Assembly: GCA_965221775.1 (NCBI GenBank)
Contig: CBDCSU010000004.1
Span: 288,001-352,000 of the forward strand
Length of the DNA stretch: 64,000 nucleotides
DNA from: Candidatus Latescibacterota bacterium
GTDB lineage: Bacteria; Latescibacterota; UBA2968; UBA8231
Direction of reading: 5' to 3'
The notes under the pieces were generated by a model. It saw only the letters and a list, made by a program, of their open reading frames with translations, was not told where the DNA came from and searched no databases. How positions within the stretch are numbered: position 1 is the first letter of the stretch; each line of letters opens with the position of its first letter. Of the stretch, positions 19,861 through 29,226 are shown piece after piece. Made by a program: the position numbers and the translations under genes.

Positions 19861-19863
19861 TGA
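18964..19863 (+). CDS. Protein made of two tandem DUF5069-like domains
   Basis: Each half contains G-x3-(H/Q)LPRxWxK...DYP...LD, PxYLxFExWV, EEWNG, SAVVLNHxEDWH. Confidence 0.72.
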   Translation: MIPLISSQCYGPLQICHLPRLWWKASLNAAGRLAEDYPECTPVLDSMVLDLLGLDKEAALGHIHSGRPDYLAFEAWVRDQTGGGPSREQVEEWNGSIRSRVHQQWKIDDIYPTLGFDGSEGITSAVVLNHLEDWHFWHARDLGGEALEGWRGRTVPLVSSLDYGLLGVCQLPRTWHKVLLQAAGLLHADYPGLGGGLDRRVVVDVLGLDADQVVEHLTSERPSYLEFEDWVGEQLGGREVNGAVEEWNGFVRNRVHRADKRADIHSNLGRPDDGSLPQSAVVLNHVEDWHLAHGILWAE

Positions 19864-19882
19864 GGCTTCCCCGGGGGCGGGC

Positions 19883-21445
19883 TCAGGGCTGAAAGACCAG
19901 GGCCCGTCCGGGAAGAGGGTCGGCCAGATCGGCCACGGCCTGGCCGCCGTCGATCACGGGCGTCCCGTTGACAAGGACGTGGTCGATGCCCGCGGGCAGT
20001 TGCCGGGGATCATCGTAGGTGGCCCGGTCCGTCACCGTGTCGTCGTCGAAGACGACCAGATCGGCGAACCACCCCTCCTTGACCTGACCCCGCTCCGCGC
20101 ATCCGAAGCGCCGCGCCGGCCGGTCGCTGAGCCTGGCCACCGCCTCCTCGAGGCTGAACAGGCCCTGGTCGCGCACGCACGGCCCCAGCAGGCGCGGCGC
20201 CGAGCCGTACATCCTCGGGTGCACCTGGCCGTCGGGGAAGTAGATGCCGTCGGTGCCCATGACATAGCAGTCGTGGGCGAGAAAAGGCGCGATCAGCTCG
20301 TCGGCGCCGTGGTGGAAGACCAGGAGGACGGCCAGGTTCTCCTCGATCAGCAGTTCGCACAGGGCGTCCTCCGGGGACTTGCCCACCTCGGCCACGTACT
20401 CCGAGAGCAGGCGGCCGATGTAACGCTGGTTCTCCCGTGACGGCAGCCAGGCGATGTGCGCGCTCTCCAGCCGCGTCCGGGACAGGTCGCGGGCGAACTC
20501 GCGCCGCAGCCGGCGGTCGGTGAGCTTGCCCAGAACCGCCAGCGATCCCTCCTCCCACACCTCGTGGGGCAGCAGGAAGTTGAGCATCGTCGACCCCGGC
20601 AGGTACGGGTAGACGTCGAAGGAGAAGCTGACCTCCTGGCGGGCGGTGCCGTCCACGTACTCCAGCAGTCCGTCGATCTGCTCCGGCGTCGTGCCCTTCA
20701 GGTGCGAGATGTGGACGGGCACGCCGGCGCGGCGGCCGATCTCCACCGCCTCGGCCACGCCTTCCAAGGTCCCCTTCCGGTAGCGCACATGGCTGACGTA
20801 CAGCCCGTGGGGCGCCATCGGCTCGCAGACCTCGACCAGCTCGTCGAGGGTGGCGAACCACTGGGGCATGTACTCGATCCCCGTGGACAGCCCCACCGCC
20901 CCCTCGGCCATGCCCTGCTCCACGTCGGCGCGCATCCTCGTCATCTGGAAGTCGTCGGGCACGGCCCGGCTCCAGCCCATGGCCATGGCGCGCACGTTGC
21001 CGTACGGCAGGTGGGTGATGGCATTCTGCGCCGTGCGCCGGTGCAGGCCGGCCATGTAGTCGGCCAGGGAGCGCCAGCCGTCGTACTCCTCGAAGACCAG
21101 CCCGTTCAGGGCCCGCATGTAGTGGACCCACTCCGGCGCCGTCTCCTCGTCGACGGGGGCGTAGGAGATCCCGTCGGCCATGATCACCTCGGTGGTGAAG
21201 CCCTGGGCGGTCTTGGGCACCAGGTGGGGGATCTTGCGCAGCCAGGCGTCGGAGTGGTTGTGGACGTCGACGAAGCCGGGCGCCACGATGAGGCCCGAGG
21301 CGTCGATGCGCCGCCCCGCCTCGGCGCCGGAGAGGTCCCCGGCGACGGCCACGACGCGCTCCCCGCGCAGGCCCACGTCGGCGCGTTTCCGAGGCGCCCC
21401 CGTGCCGTCGATGACGGTGCCGCCGGCGATGACGATGTCGAACAT
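19883..21445 (-). CDS. N-acyl-D-amino-acid deacylase (D-aminoacylase, amidohydrolase)
   Basis: MFDIVIAGGTVIDGTG, APGFVDVHNHSD, GLSTGIEY, SHVR, HISHLK, DVYPY, HPRMYG, ADLVVFD. Confidence 0.9.
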   Translation of the reverse strand: MFDIVIAGGTVIDGTGAPRKRADVGLRGERVVAVAGDLSGAEAGRRIDASGLIVAPGFVDVHNHSDAWLRKIPHLVPKTAQGFTTEVIMADGISYAPVDEETAPEWVHYMRALNGLVFEEYDGWRSLADYMAGLHRRTAQNAITHLPYGNVRAMAMGWSRAVPDDFQMTRMRADVEQGMAEGAVGLSTGIEYMPQWFATLDELVEVCEPMAPHGLYVSHVRYRKGTLEGVAEAVEIGRRAGVPVHISHLKGTTPEQIDGLLEYVDGTARQEVSFSFDVYPYLPGSTMLNFLLPHEVWEEGSLAVLGKLTDRRLRREFARDLSRTRLESAHIAWLPSRENQRYIGRLLSEYVAEVGKSPEDALCELLIEENLAVLLVFHHGADELIAPFLAHDCYVMGTDGIYFPDGQVHPRMYGSAPRLLGPCVRDQGLFSLEEAVARLSDRPARRFGCAERGQVKEGWFADLVVFDDDTVTDRATYDDPRQLPAGIDHVLVNGTPVIDGGQAVADLADPLPGRALVFQP

Positions 21446-22845
21446 CAGAGCAGCTCCACTTCCAGGTCGTCGAACCAGGAGGTGCCGGCGCCGTCCTGGC
21501 GCAGGACGATCTCCACGGCGCTGACCTCCGGCGGCGAGGGACCGCGGATCTCGACGGCCAGGCGGGTCCAGCCGCAGGTCCCCGTGAGACGCTCGGAGCA
21601 GACCAGGGGATAGCGCTCCGGGTGGTTGTAGATGATCCAGCGCAAGGCCACGCAGGCGCCCCGGCCGGAGACGGATTCGGTGCGCACCCAGAGGCAGACC
21701 CGGAAGCCGGTGTTCGTCTGCCAGCGCTGGGTGAAGGCGCCCTCGCCCTCGCGGTCCATCGACCACTCGGTGACCCCGGCCGTCTCCCGGTGGATCTTCA
21801 GGGAGCAGTCGTCGCTGCGGCCGTGATCCCGGCACCACTCGGCGCCGTCGCCGGCGGGCAGCCACGGCCAGGGATCGAGGTCTCCGGCCGGCTCGTCGAG
21901 GCGCAGGGGCTTCTCGAAGCTCGAGCGGCGCTCGTACCGCGGCAGCTGGCGGAAGCCGGCGTACTCAACCGGCGGCACGGCTGCGGCCCACCGGCGAAGC
22001 TCGGCCACCTTCTCGTCCGGGCACAGGCGGATGCGGAAGCGCTCGCAGATCGGCTCGTAGAGCTCGCCGGCGCCATAGCGGGAGCTCAGATGGATGTCGT
22101 ATCCCCAGTTGCACACCGAGGCGGAGGTCCGGGCCGCGGTGTCGCCGGGGAACTCGAAGGCGGGGTTGTGGCCGGGGTCGGCGGCCAGCACGAAGAGGCC
22201 GCCGGCGCGGAAGGAGCGGGGACTGGGGATGCCCGTGGCCATGTGGTTCAGCGGCATCTGCCAGACCGTGCCGTCGGCCGGCTCCGCGAGGAGGTGGGTG
22301 TAGCCGTGGGCGGACCAGGCCCCCTCGAAGGCGAGGGTGGGAGCGGGGACGTCGCAGTACCAGGGATCGCTGTACTCGAAGGAGACCTGCTCCACGCCGG
22401 GTCGGTGGAAGACCTCGGGGCTGTGCAGATCCAGGTGGCAGGCGAAGTCGTAGACGTAGGAGCCCAGGCCCTCGTCCCAGGTCACGGTGAGGACACGGCG
22501 GGAGGTGGCGACGCCTCCGGGATCGGCGGTGGTCACGGTCACCGTGAGGCGGTCGGTGCCGCGCCCGTCGACGGTGACCTCGATCAGCTCGGTGGTGATG
22601 ATGTGGCCGTCGAAGTTCCAGAACAGCTGCGTGCCGGCCACCAGGGGACGGCCGCCCGGGGAGAGCCTCAGATCCCGCAGGACGACCGGTTTCAGGTTGC
22701 GGTCGAAGTAGCGCAGGTTCTGCTCCGGCTGCTCCACCACCGCCCGCTCGAGGCGGGCGATCGGCTCGCCGCCGTCGCAGATCCACTCCTCGCCGGCCGT
22801 CTCGCCGCCCCGGGTCACGAGGTCGAAGCGGCTCCGGTGGCCCAT
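21445..22845 (-). CDS. Hypothetical protein, beta-rich, with a C-terminal carbohydrate-binding-like jelly-roll domain
   Basis: GGAGG RBS before ATG at 22845; aromatic-rich; the C-terminus SLKI...WVRTESV...GTCGWTRL...WFDDLEV resembles CBM4/9-type modules; stop overlaps the next ATG. Confidence 0.7.
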   Translation of the reverse strand: MGHRSRFDLVTRGGETAGEEWICDGGEPIARLERAVVEQPEQNLRYFDRNLKPVVLRDLRLSPGGRPLVAGTQLFWNFDGHIITTELIEVTVDGRGTDRLTVTVTTADPGGVATSRRVLTVTWDEGLGSYVYDFACHLDLHSPEVFHRPGVEQVSFEYSDPWYCDVPAPTLAFEGAWSAHGYTHLLAEPADGTVWQMPLNHMATGIPSPRSFRAGGLFVLAADPGHNPAFEFPGDTAARTSASVCNWGYDIHLSSRYGAGELYEPICERFRIRLCPDEKVAELRRWAAAVPPVEYAGFRQLPRYERRSSFEKPLRLDEPAGDLDPWPWLPAGDGAEWCRDHGRSDDCSLKIHRETAGVTEWSMDREGEGAFTQRWQTNTGFRVCLWVRTESVSGRGACVALRWIIYNHPERYPLVCSERLTGTCGWTRLAVEIRGPSPPEVSAVEIVLRQDGAGTSWFDDLEVELL

Positions 22846-22971
22846 GGAGATCCTCCGTCGAATCGGTGCCATCGAGTCTGTTATGGGGAGGCCGCAAGAT
22901 ACCCCCGCCCCACCCGGGCGGCAACCGCCGTTGATTGACAGGGCCGGAGGCCCGGAGCTTCATATGTCTCC

Positions 22972-23805
22972 ATGATGATCATCGATCCCCATACCCATGT
23001 CTGGGTCAACGACCCACGCTTCCCCTGGCCCGCAGAGAACCCGTCTCCCCCCGCCGAGGACCGCACCGCCGAGATGCTCCTCGAGCAGATGGCCGCCCAC
23101 GGCGTGGAGAAGACGGTGCTGGTGCAGGTAATCCACTACCGCTGGGACAACCGCTACGTCGTCGACGTCATCGGACGCTATCCCGACAAGTTCATGGCCG
23201 TGGGCCGCATCAACCCGGAGGACCCGGCGGCGGCGGACCACCTGAGCGAGTGGACGGAGCAGGGCGTGCACGGCGTCCGCCTGAGCCCCTCCGTCGACTC
23301 CTCGGGCGACTGGTTCGCCGACCCTGCGCGGATGAATCCCATCTTCGCCCGGGCCGAGTCCCTCGGAGTGCCCCTGCTGCTGTTGACGCGGCCGCCTCGG
23401 CTGCGCGATCTGGTGCCCCTCCTCGACCGCCACCCGGACCTCGACGTCGTCATCGACCACATGTCCGACGTCCACCCCGACGACGCCGAGGGACGCCGGC
23501 TCCTGACCGATCTCGCGAGATACGAGCGGGTCTACGTGAAGATCAGCCACACCTGGTCGACGTCGGGAGAGGGGTTTCCCTGGGCCGACACCCACGGGCT
23601 GGTGGAGGAGGTCTACCAGACCTTCGGAGCACAGCGCATCATGTGGGGCACCGACTGGCCGGTCTGCCTGAGCAAGGCGGAGTACGGCCAGACCCTGGCG
23701 GTGGTCCGCGACCACTTCAGTGCCTTCATCGCCCCCGAGGACATGGAGTGGGTCCTCGGGAGGACGGTCCTGAGGCTGTGGCCCTTCGAGGAGAGGGGGA
23801 GCTGA
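22972..23805 (+). CDS. Amidohydrolase_2 family protein (sugar lactonase-like)
   Basis: IIDPHTHVW, VLVQ, GVRL, VIDHM, VKIS, MWGTDWP. Confidence 0.88.
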   Translation: MMIIDPHTHVWVNDPRFPWPAENPSPPAEDRTAEMLLEQMAAHGVEKTVLVQVIHYRWDNRYVVDVIGRYPDKFMAVGRINPEDPAAADHLSEWTEQGVHGVRLSPSVDSSGDWFADPARMNPIFARAESLGVPLLLLTRPPRLRDLVPLLDRHPDLDVVIDHMSDVHPDDAEGRRLLTDLARYERVYVKISHTWSTSGEGFPWADTHGLVEEVYQTFGAQRIMWGTDWPVCLSKAEYGQTLAVVRDHFSAFIAPEDMEWVLGRTVLRLWPFEERGS

Positions 23806-23807
23806 GC

Positions 23808-24677
23808 ATGCTCAGGGTCGGAATGGTGGGCGCCGAGAACAGCCACACCCTGGCCATCGCCAAGGTCCTCAACGTGGACAAGCGCCTCCGGGGCGTGCGC
23901 GCCACCCACGTCTGGGGAGAGAGCCGCCGGTTCGCCAGGGAAGCGGCGGAGGCCGGGCAGATCCCGCGGATCGTCTCCCGTCCGGAGGAGATGATCGGGG
24001 AGGTCGATGGCATCGTCGTGGACCACCGCCACGGCAAGTTCCATCTGCCGGCGGCCCGACCCTTCCTCGAGACGCGGGTGCCCATGTTCATCGACAAGCC
24101 GTTCTGCTACCGGCGGGCCGAAGGCCGCAAGTTCCTCGCCCGGGCCCGCGAGCTCGAGGTGCCGGTCTGCTCGTTCTCGACCCTGCCCAAGCAGAAGGCC
24201 TTCCGCGATCTGAAGCGGGTCGTCTCCAGGCTGGGGCAGATCCACACGGTGATCTCCACCGGCCCCTGCGACATCCGCTCCAAGTGGGGCGGCATCTTCT
24301 TCTACGGCATCCATCAGGTCGACCTGATCCTCCGTCTCGCCGGCTACGACTTCTACCGGGTGCAGATGGTCAAGGGCGCGGGCGCCAACCACAGCGCCAG
24401 CATCCTCTTCCGCTCGGGCACGGTGGCGACGATGAACCTCATCGGCCAAGGCCGGCCCGAGTTCCACCTCTCCGTGATCGGGGAGGGTGGCCGGGTGGAC
24501 CAGCCGATCCCCATGGACGAGAGCCCCTACCTGACCGGCGTCCGCGACTTCGTGCGCATGTTCAGGACGGGCGAGACGGAGGAGACCGAGCAGACCATGC
24601 TCGGCCCCGTGGCCGTGCTCGAGTCGCTGGAGAAGTCGGTGGCCAAGCCTTTCGCACGCGTGGGAGCCGGCGTCTGA
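23808..24677 (+). CDS. Gfo/Idh/MocA family oxidoreductase
   Basis: MLRVGMVG, FIDKP, FFYGIH. Confidence 0.82.
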   Translation: MLRVGMVGAENSHTLAIAKVLNVDKRLRGVRATHVWGESRRFAREAAEAGQIPRIVSRPEEMIGEVDGIVVDHRHGKFHLPAARPFLETRVPMFIDKPFCYRRAEGRKFLARARELEVPVCSFSTLPKQKAFRDLKRVVSRLGQIHTVISTGPCDIRSKWGGIFFYGIHQVDLILRLAGYDFYRVQMVKGAGANHSASILFRSGTVATMNLIGQGRPEFHLSVIGEGGRVDQPIPMDESPYLTGVRDFVRMFRTGETEETEQTMLGPVAVLESLEKSVAKPFARVGAGV

Positions 24678-24690
24678 GCCGGCCAAGGCC

Positions 24691-25824
24691 ATGTCGGACT
24701 GGCAACTGAGGTCTGCGCAGGAGACGCGCTACGACGCCGTCTCCCTCGGCGAGGTCCTGATGCGGATCGATCCCGGCGACGTGCCCACGGCGCGGGCGCG
24801 GACGGCGCGCATCTGGCACGGCGGCGGAGAGACCAACGTCACCGAGGGGCTGAGCTACTGCTTCGGTCTGCGCACCGCCGTGGTCACCGCCCTCGTGGAC
24901 GACGGCATCGGCCGCAACATCGAGAACCAGCTGCGCGAGGCCGGCATCGACACGGGCCACATCATCTGGTTCAGCCCCTCGGGCAAGGGGGAGCATTCCA
25001 CCGACGGCAAGGGCACCCTGCACAACGGCATCAACTTCACCTGGGCGGGCAAGGGGGTGCTGCCGTCGGTGACCGAGTACTACCGCGCCCACACCCCGGT
25101 CCGCGAGATCGGCCCCGGCGACGTGGACTGGGACCACCTCTTCGGCCAGCTGGGAACGCGCTGGTTCAGCACCGGCGGCATCTATACCCTGCTGTCGGGC
25201 AAGACGGCCGACCTGGCGCTGGAGGCGATGACCCGGGCCGGGGAGCACGGCGCCGGACGCTCCTTCGACCTCAACTACCGCTCGAAGGTGGAGCCCGACA
25301 AGGACCGAGCCCGCCGGATCAACCGCGGCATCGTGCCCCACGTCGACTTCCTGGTGGGCAACCAGGACGACTTCGACGACGCCCTCGGGTACGAGACCGA
25401 GTCCGTCGACAAGGAGGCCCCTTTCGACGAGTGGCTGGAGATCTACACCGGCATGCTCCGGCAGGTGTCGAAGGACTACCCGAACCTGCGGTACATCGGC
25501 ACCCAGCTTCGCGGAGCCCTGTCCGCGGACCGGATCAACTGGGGCGCCGTCCTCTACGAGGTCGGGAGCGACACCGTGCACCAGGCGGCGGTGCGGACGG
25601 ACGTGGAGATCGCCGACCGCACCGGCGGGGGCGACTCCTTCGCCTCCGGCGTGATCGCGGCGCTGCTGAAGGGGCGGCCTCCCGCCGAGGCCGTGCAGTG
25701 GGGCGCCGCCCACGGCATCCTCGTGCAGGAGACGGTGGGGGATACCTCCATGGTCACGCAGGCGGAGGTGGAGAAGGAGGTCGACCGGGCGCTGAAGGGC
25801 GGAGGGGTATCGGCGCTGCGGTGA
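24691..25824 (+). CDS. PfkB family sugar kinase (2-keto-3-deoxygluconate kinase-like)
   Basis: SLGEVLMRID, GGGETNV, FDLNYRSK, GNQDD, DRTGGGDSFASG. Confidence 0.9.
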   Translation: MSDWQLRSAQETRYDAVSLGEVLMRIDPGDVPTARARTARIWHGGGETNVTEGLSYCFGLRTAVVTALVDDGIGRNIENQLREAGIDTGHIIWFSPSGKGEHSTDGKGTLHNGINFTWAGKGVLPSVTEYYRAHTPVREIGPGDVDWDHLFGQLGTRWFSTGGIYTLLSGKTADLALEAMTRAGEHGAGRSFDLNYRSKVEPDKDRARRINRGIVPHVDFLVGNQDDFDDALGYETESVDKEAPFDEWLEIYTGMLRQVSKDYPNLRYIGTQLRGALSADRINWGAVLYEVGSDTVHQAAVRTDVEIADRTGGGDSFASGVIAALLKGRPPAEAVQWGAAHGILVQETVGDTSMVTQAEVEKEVDRALKGGGVSALR

Positions 25825-25903
25825 CCGGCAGCGGGCCCACCCCCGCCCGCCGCAGGGTCTGGCGAAGGGGGCCGCGCATCCCGGCTCTTCGCCCGCTCCA
25901 CCG

Positions 25904-27127
25904 ATGAGCGACAGGGGATACGAAGGCTGGCGGCGCAACTTCTACACCCTCTGGGCGGCGGAGCTGACGGCGATCATCGGCTTTCAGGCGATGCAGCCCT
26001 TCCTGCCCTACTACATCCAGGAATTCGATGTCGAGGACCTGACCGAGGCCTTGGTATGGGCTGGCCGCATGGGCACCTCCGCGGGCCTGGCCATGGCGGT
26101 CTCGGCGCCGATCTGGGGAACCCTCGCCGACCGCCACGGCCGCAAGCCGATGGTCGTGCGCTCCATGCTCGGCGGCGGCCTCTGCGTGGTCCTCATGGCC
26201 TACGTGCCCAGCGTCGAGTGGCTCCTCCTCGCGCGGGTCCTCCAGGGCGTCCTCGCCGGCACCGTCACCGCCTGCCTGACCCTGGTCTCCACGTCGACGC
26301 CGCGTTCCCACCTCGCCTTCGCCCTCGGCCTGATGCAGGGCGCCTTCATGCTCGGCGCCTCGGTGGGCCCCCTCATCGGCGGGCCGATGATCGAGGCCTT
26401 CGGCTACCGCAACTGCTTCCTCGTCTCGGGCGGTCTCGTCGTCCTGGCGGGGCTATGCGTCCAGCTGCGGGTGCGCGAGGACTTCAGCCGCTCGCGGTCG
26501 CTGGAGAGCTCCTCGCGCTACCGGCTGCCCGGGCGGGACATGGTTCGGCTCCTCTCGATGCGGCCTTTTCTGGTGCTTGTGGCGACGGTCACCTCCATGT
26601 CCTTCGCCTTCGGCTTCATCATGCCCGTGGTGCCCCTCTTCCTGCAACGTCTGGCGGAGGGGCGGGACATCCTCTCCCTGGCCGGCTTGATCTTCGGTCT
26701 GGCGGGGCTCGTGGGGGCCGTCTCCTCCGCCGTCATGGGCCGGTTCTCCGACCGCCTCGGCCCGCGGCGGGTGCTGGTGGGCGGTCTCTGGGCTGCGGGC
26801 GTCCTCTACCTCGGCCAGGGTTTCTCGACCACCGTATGGGCTCTCGGGATGCTGGTGATCCTCAACGGCGTGGCCACGGGATCGGTGCGGCCCGTGGCCA
26901 ACGCGGTGCTGACGCGGATCATCGATGAGGAGGACCGGGGCAAGGCCTTCGGGGTCATGTCGAGCATGGCCGCCCTGGGCTGGGCCCTCGGACCTCTCGC
27001 CGGCAGCTACCTGGGTGCGGAGTTGGGCTTCCGCTCGGTCTTCTACACGACCTCCGTGCTCTTCCTCATCGTCGGCGGCTGGGTCGGTCTGGCCACGAGC
27101 CGCGACCGGAAAGGATGGAACCGATGA
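25904..27127 (+). CDS. MFS transporter (DHA1, MdtG-like)
   Basis: PFLPYYI, MFS motif A WGTLADRHGRKPM, second-half SDRLGPR; about 12 hydrophobic segments. Confidence 0.9.
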   Translation: MSDRGYEGWRRNFYTLWAAELTAIIGFQAMQPFLPYYIQEFDVEDLTEALVWAGRMGTSAGLAMAVSAPIWGTLADRHGRKPMVVRSMLGGGLCVVLMAYVPSVEWLLLARVLQGVLAGTVTACLTLVSTSTPRSHLAFALGLMQGAFMLGASVGPLIGGPMIEAFGYRNCFLVSGGLVVLAGLCVQLRVREDFSRSRSLESSSRYRLPGRDMVRLLSMRPFLVLVATVTSMSFAFGFIMPVVPLFLQRLAEGRDILSLAGLIFGLAGLVGAVSSAVMGRFSDRLGPRRVLVGGLWAAGVLYLGQGFSTTVWALGMLVILNGVATGSVRPVANAVLTRIIDEEDRGKAFGVMSSMAALGWALGPLAGSYLGAELGFRSVFYTTSVLFLIVGGWVGLATSRDRKGWNR

Positions 27128-28134
27128 CCCGGCCCAGAGTGCTGGTCGACGCCGGACCCTACGCCACCGACCCGGACTGGAAGCGACTGGAGGAAGCCGC
27201 AGATGTGGTGCGGGTCACCGAGGAGCGCGACGAGGCCGGCTTGATCGCGGACCTGGCCGGATGCGCGGGGTTGATCACCCAGGGCGGGCGCCTGCCGCCG
27301 CTCACGGAGACCCTCTTCCGCGCCTGTCCGGAGTTGCGCATCGTCGGTGTGCGGGGGGACCGGTTCGGTACCGGCGTCGACCTGCCGGCTGCCCGCGAGC
27401 ACGGCATTCGCGTCGTCGACACGGACAACATCGCTTCCGCCCCGCCCGTGGCCGAGTGGGACCTGGCGATGATGCTGATCTGCCTGCGCAACGCCGGCGC
27501 CGTGTACCGGCAGATGATGGCCGGTACCGAGACCTGGGCCGTGGCCGGCAACCAGGACTTCGTCCACGGCGAGCTGACCGGCAAGCGGGTCGGCCTCGTC
27601 GGCTGCGGACACGTCGGTCAGCGCCTGATCGAGCTGCTGGCGCCCTTCCGCGTCGATCTGCGGGTGAGCGACCCCTACCTGGAGGAGGAGGTCGCCGAGG
27701 GACTGGGAGTCCGCCGGGGCCGCCTCGAGGAGGTCCTGGACCACGCCGAGATCCTCGTGGTGCAGGTGCCGCACACACCGAGGACGGAAGGCCTCATCGG
27801 CGCCGCCGAGCTGGAGCGCCTGGGCGACGGCGGGATCCTGGTCAACTGCAGCCGCGGCAAGGTGATCGACCACCAGGCCCTGGTGGCGCGGCTGCAGGCC
27901 GGGCGGCTGATCGCCGGCCTCGACGTCTTCGACCCGGAGCCCCTGCCCGCCGACAGCGTCCTGCGCCGCCTGCCGAACGTGTTCTGCACCCCCCACATCG
28001 CCTGGTACGCGCCCCACGTCTTCCACCGCTACTTCGGCAGCCTCGTGGACGAGTTCGTCCGCTTCTTCAACGGGGATGAGCTGCGCTACGAGCTGACCCA
28101 GCGGATGGTGGACATCCGCCACGGCCGGATGTAG
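27124..28134 (+). CDS. D-isomer-specific 2-hydroxyacid dehydrogenase family
   Basis: ATGA overlap; GLVGCGHVG, NCSRG, LDVFDPEP, TPHIA. Confidence 0.9.
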   Translation: MTRPRVLVDAGPYATDPDWKRLEEAADVVRVTEERDEAGLIADLAGCAGLITQGGRLPPLTETLFRACPELRIVGVRGDRFGTGVDLPAAREHGIRVVDTDNIASAPPVAEWDLAMMLICLRNAGAVYRQMMAGTETWAVAGNQDFVHGELTGKRVGLVGCGHVGQRLIELLAPFRVDLRVSDPYLEEEVAEGLGVRRGRLEEVLDHAEILVVQVPHTPRTEGLIGAAELERLGDGGILVNCSRGKVIDHQALVARLQAGRLIAGLDVFDPEPLPADSVLRRLPNVFCTPHIAWYAPHVFHRYFGSLVDEFVRFFNGDELRYELTQRMVDIRHGRM

Positions 28135-28145
28135 CACCCGGGTAC

Positions 28146-28190
28146 AAGAAGAAGGGGAGGTGCGCCCCGGGCTTCCGGGAGCACCTCCCC
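28146..28190 (-). terminator. Hairpin between convergent genes, probable intrinsic terminator
   Basis: GGGGAGGTGC...GCACCTCCCC stem with inner CCCGG/CCGGG, followed on the minus strand by TTCTTCTT. Confidence 0.7.
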
Positions 28191-28266
28191 CCGATGACGT
28201 CGGGATCGACATCCGGGACTCCATCGCGCCGTGGCCTGCGCGACGGGCGCAACGCTGACCCGCGGC

Positions 28267-29226
28267 TCAGCTCTTCTTCGCCTTGGCCTTGGCGGCCTTG
28301 CGCTTGCTGGCGGCCTTGGACCTGGCCAGCGCACGGCCGGGGAAGGTCAGTTCGGCGACGCCGGACTTGTCGAGCTCGCCCTTGCCCAAGTCGATCATGC
28401 GGGCGAACTGGGCCTTCGTCCGGCGCGCCAGCGGAAGGTCGAGGCCCTTCTGCCGGGCAAGACCCAGGGCGATGCCGGAGTCCTTGGCCGCATGGGCGGC
28501 GGAGAAGTAGCACTCGTGGTCGCGGGCGACCATGTCCTCGCCGTCCGTCTCCAGGACCCGCGAGTTGGCGCCGGTCTGGGAGAACACCTCCATCAGCACC
28601 TCCAGGTCGAGGCCCAGGGCCTTGCCGAGGCCCAGCCCTTCAGCGAGTCCGGCGGTGTTGATGTTCATCACCATGTTGACCAGGGCCTTCACCTGGGCCG
28701 CCTTGCCGGTGGAGCCGATGTAGCGCAGATCGACGCTCATGCTGTCGAGGAGAGGCTTGCAGCGCTCGAAGACGGCCTTCGGGCCGCCGCACATCAGGTA
28801 CAGGGTCCCTTCGCGCGCCTGGGTGATGGAGCTGGCCATGCAGCCTTCGAGGCTGCGGGCGCCGGCCTTGGAGGCCCGCTTCTCCACCAGCACGTGCGTG
28901 TCGGGGGTGATGGTGGCGCAGTTGATGAAGGTCTTGCCCTCTGCGCCCTGGAGGAGACTGTCGCCGCGCTCGGCGAAGATCGACTTCATGGAGCGGTCGT
29001 CGGTGACCACGGTGATGATGTAGTCGGCCCCTGCCGTGACCTCCGCCAGCGTCCCGGCGGCCTTGGCCCCCAGCTCTCTTGCGAGGGAGGCCGCCAGCTT
29101 CGCGTTGACGTCGTGGACGGTGGTGACGGGGAAGCCGTCATCCTTCAGGTGGCGGGCGATGTTGGCGCCCATGCGGCCGACTCCGACGACTCCCACGGAG
29201 TAGTCGGCTTTCCTGATGCTTGGCAT
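28267..29226 (-). CDS. NAD(P)-dependent oxidoreductase, 3-hydroxyisobutyrate/6-phosphogluconate dehydrogenase-like
   Basis: AGGAG RBS; GVVGVGRMG, LYLMCGG, VKALVNM, KDSGIA; Lys/Ala-rich tail. Confidence 0.88.
   Translation of the reverse strand: MPSIRKADYSVGVVGVGRMGANIARHLKDDGFPVTTVHDVNAKLAASLARELGAKAAGTLAEVTAGADYIITVVTDDRSMKSIFAERGDSLLQGAEGKTFINCATITPDTHVLVEKRASKAGARSLEGCMASSITQAREGTLYLMCGGPKAVFERCKPLLDSMSVDLRYIGSTGKAAQVKALVNMVMNINTAGLAEGLGLGKALGLDLEVLMEVFSQTGANSRVLETDGEDMVARDHECYFSAAHAAKDSGIALGLARQKGLDLPLARRTKAQFARMIDLGKGELDKSGVAELTFPGRALARSKAASKRKAAKAKAKKS

Noticed and set aside
22935-22966. TTGACA upstream of the amidohydrolase as a promoter
   Set aside because: No acceptable -10 hexamer at 16-18 nt spacing.
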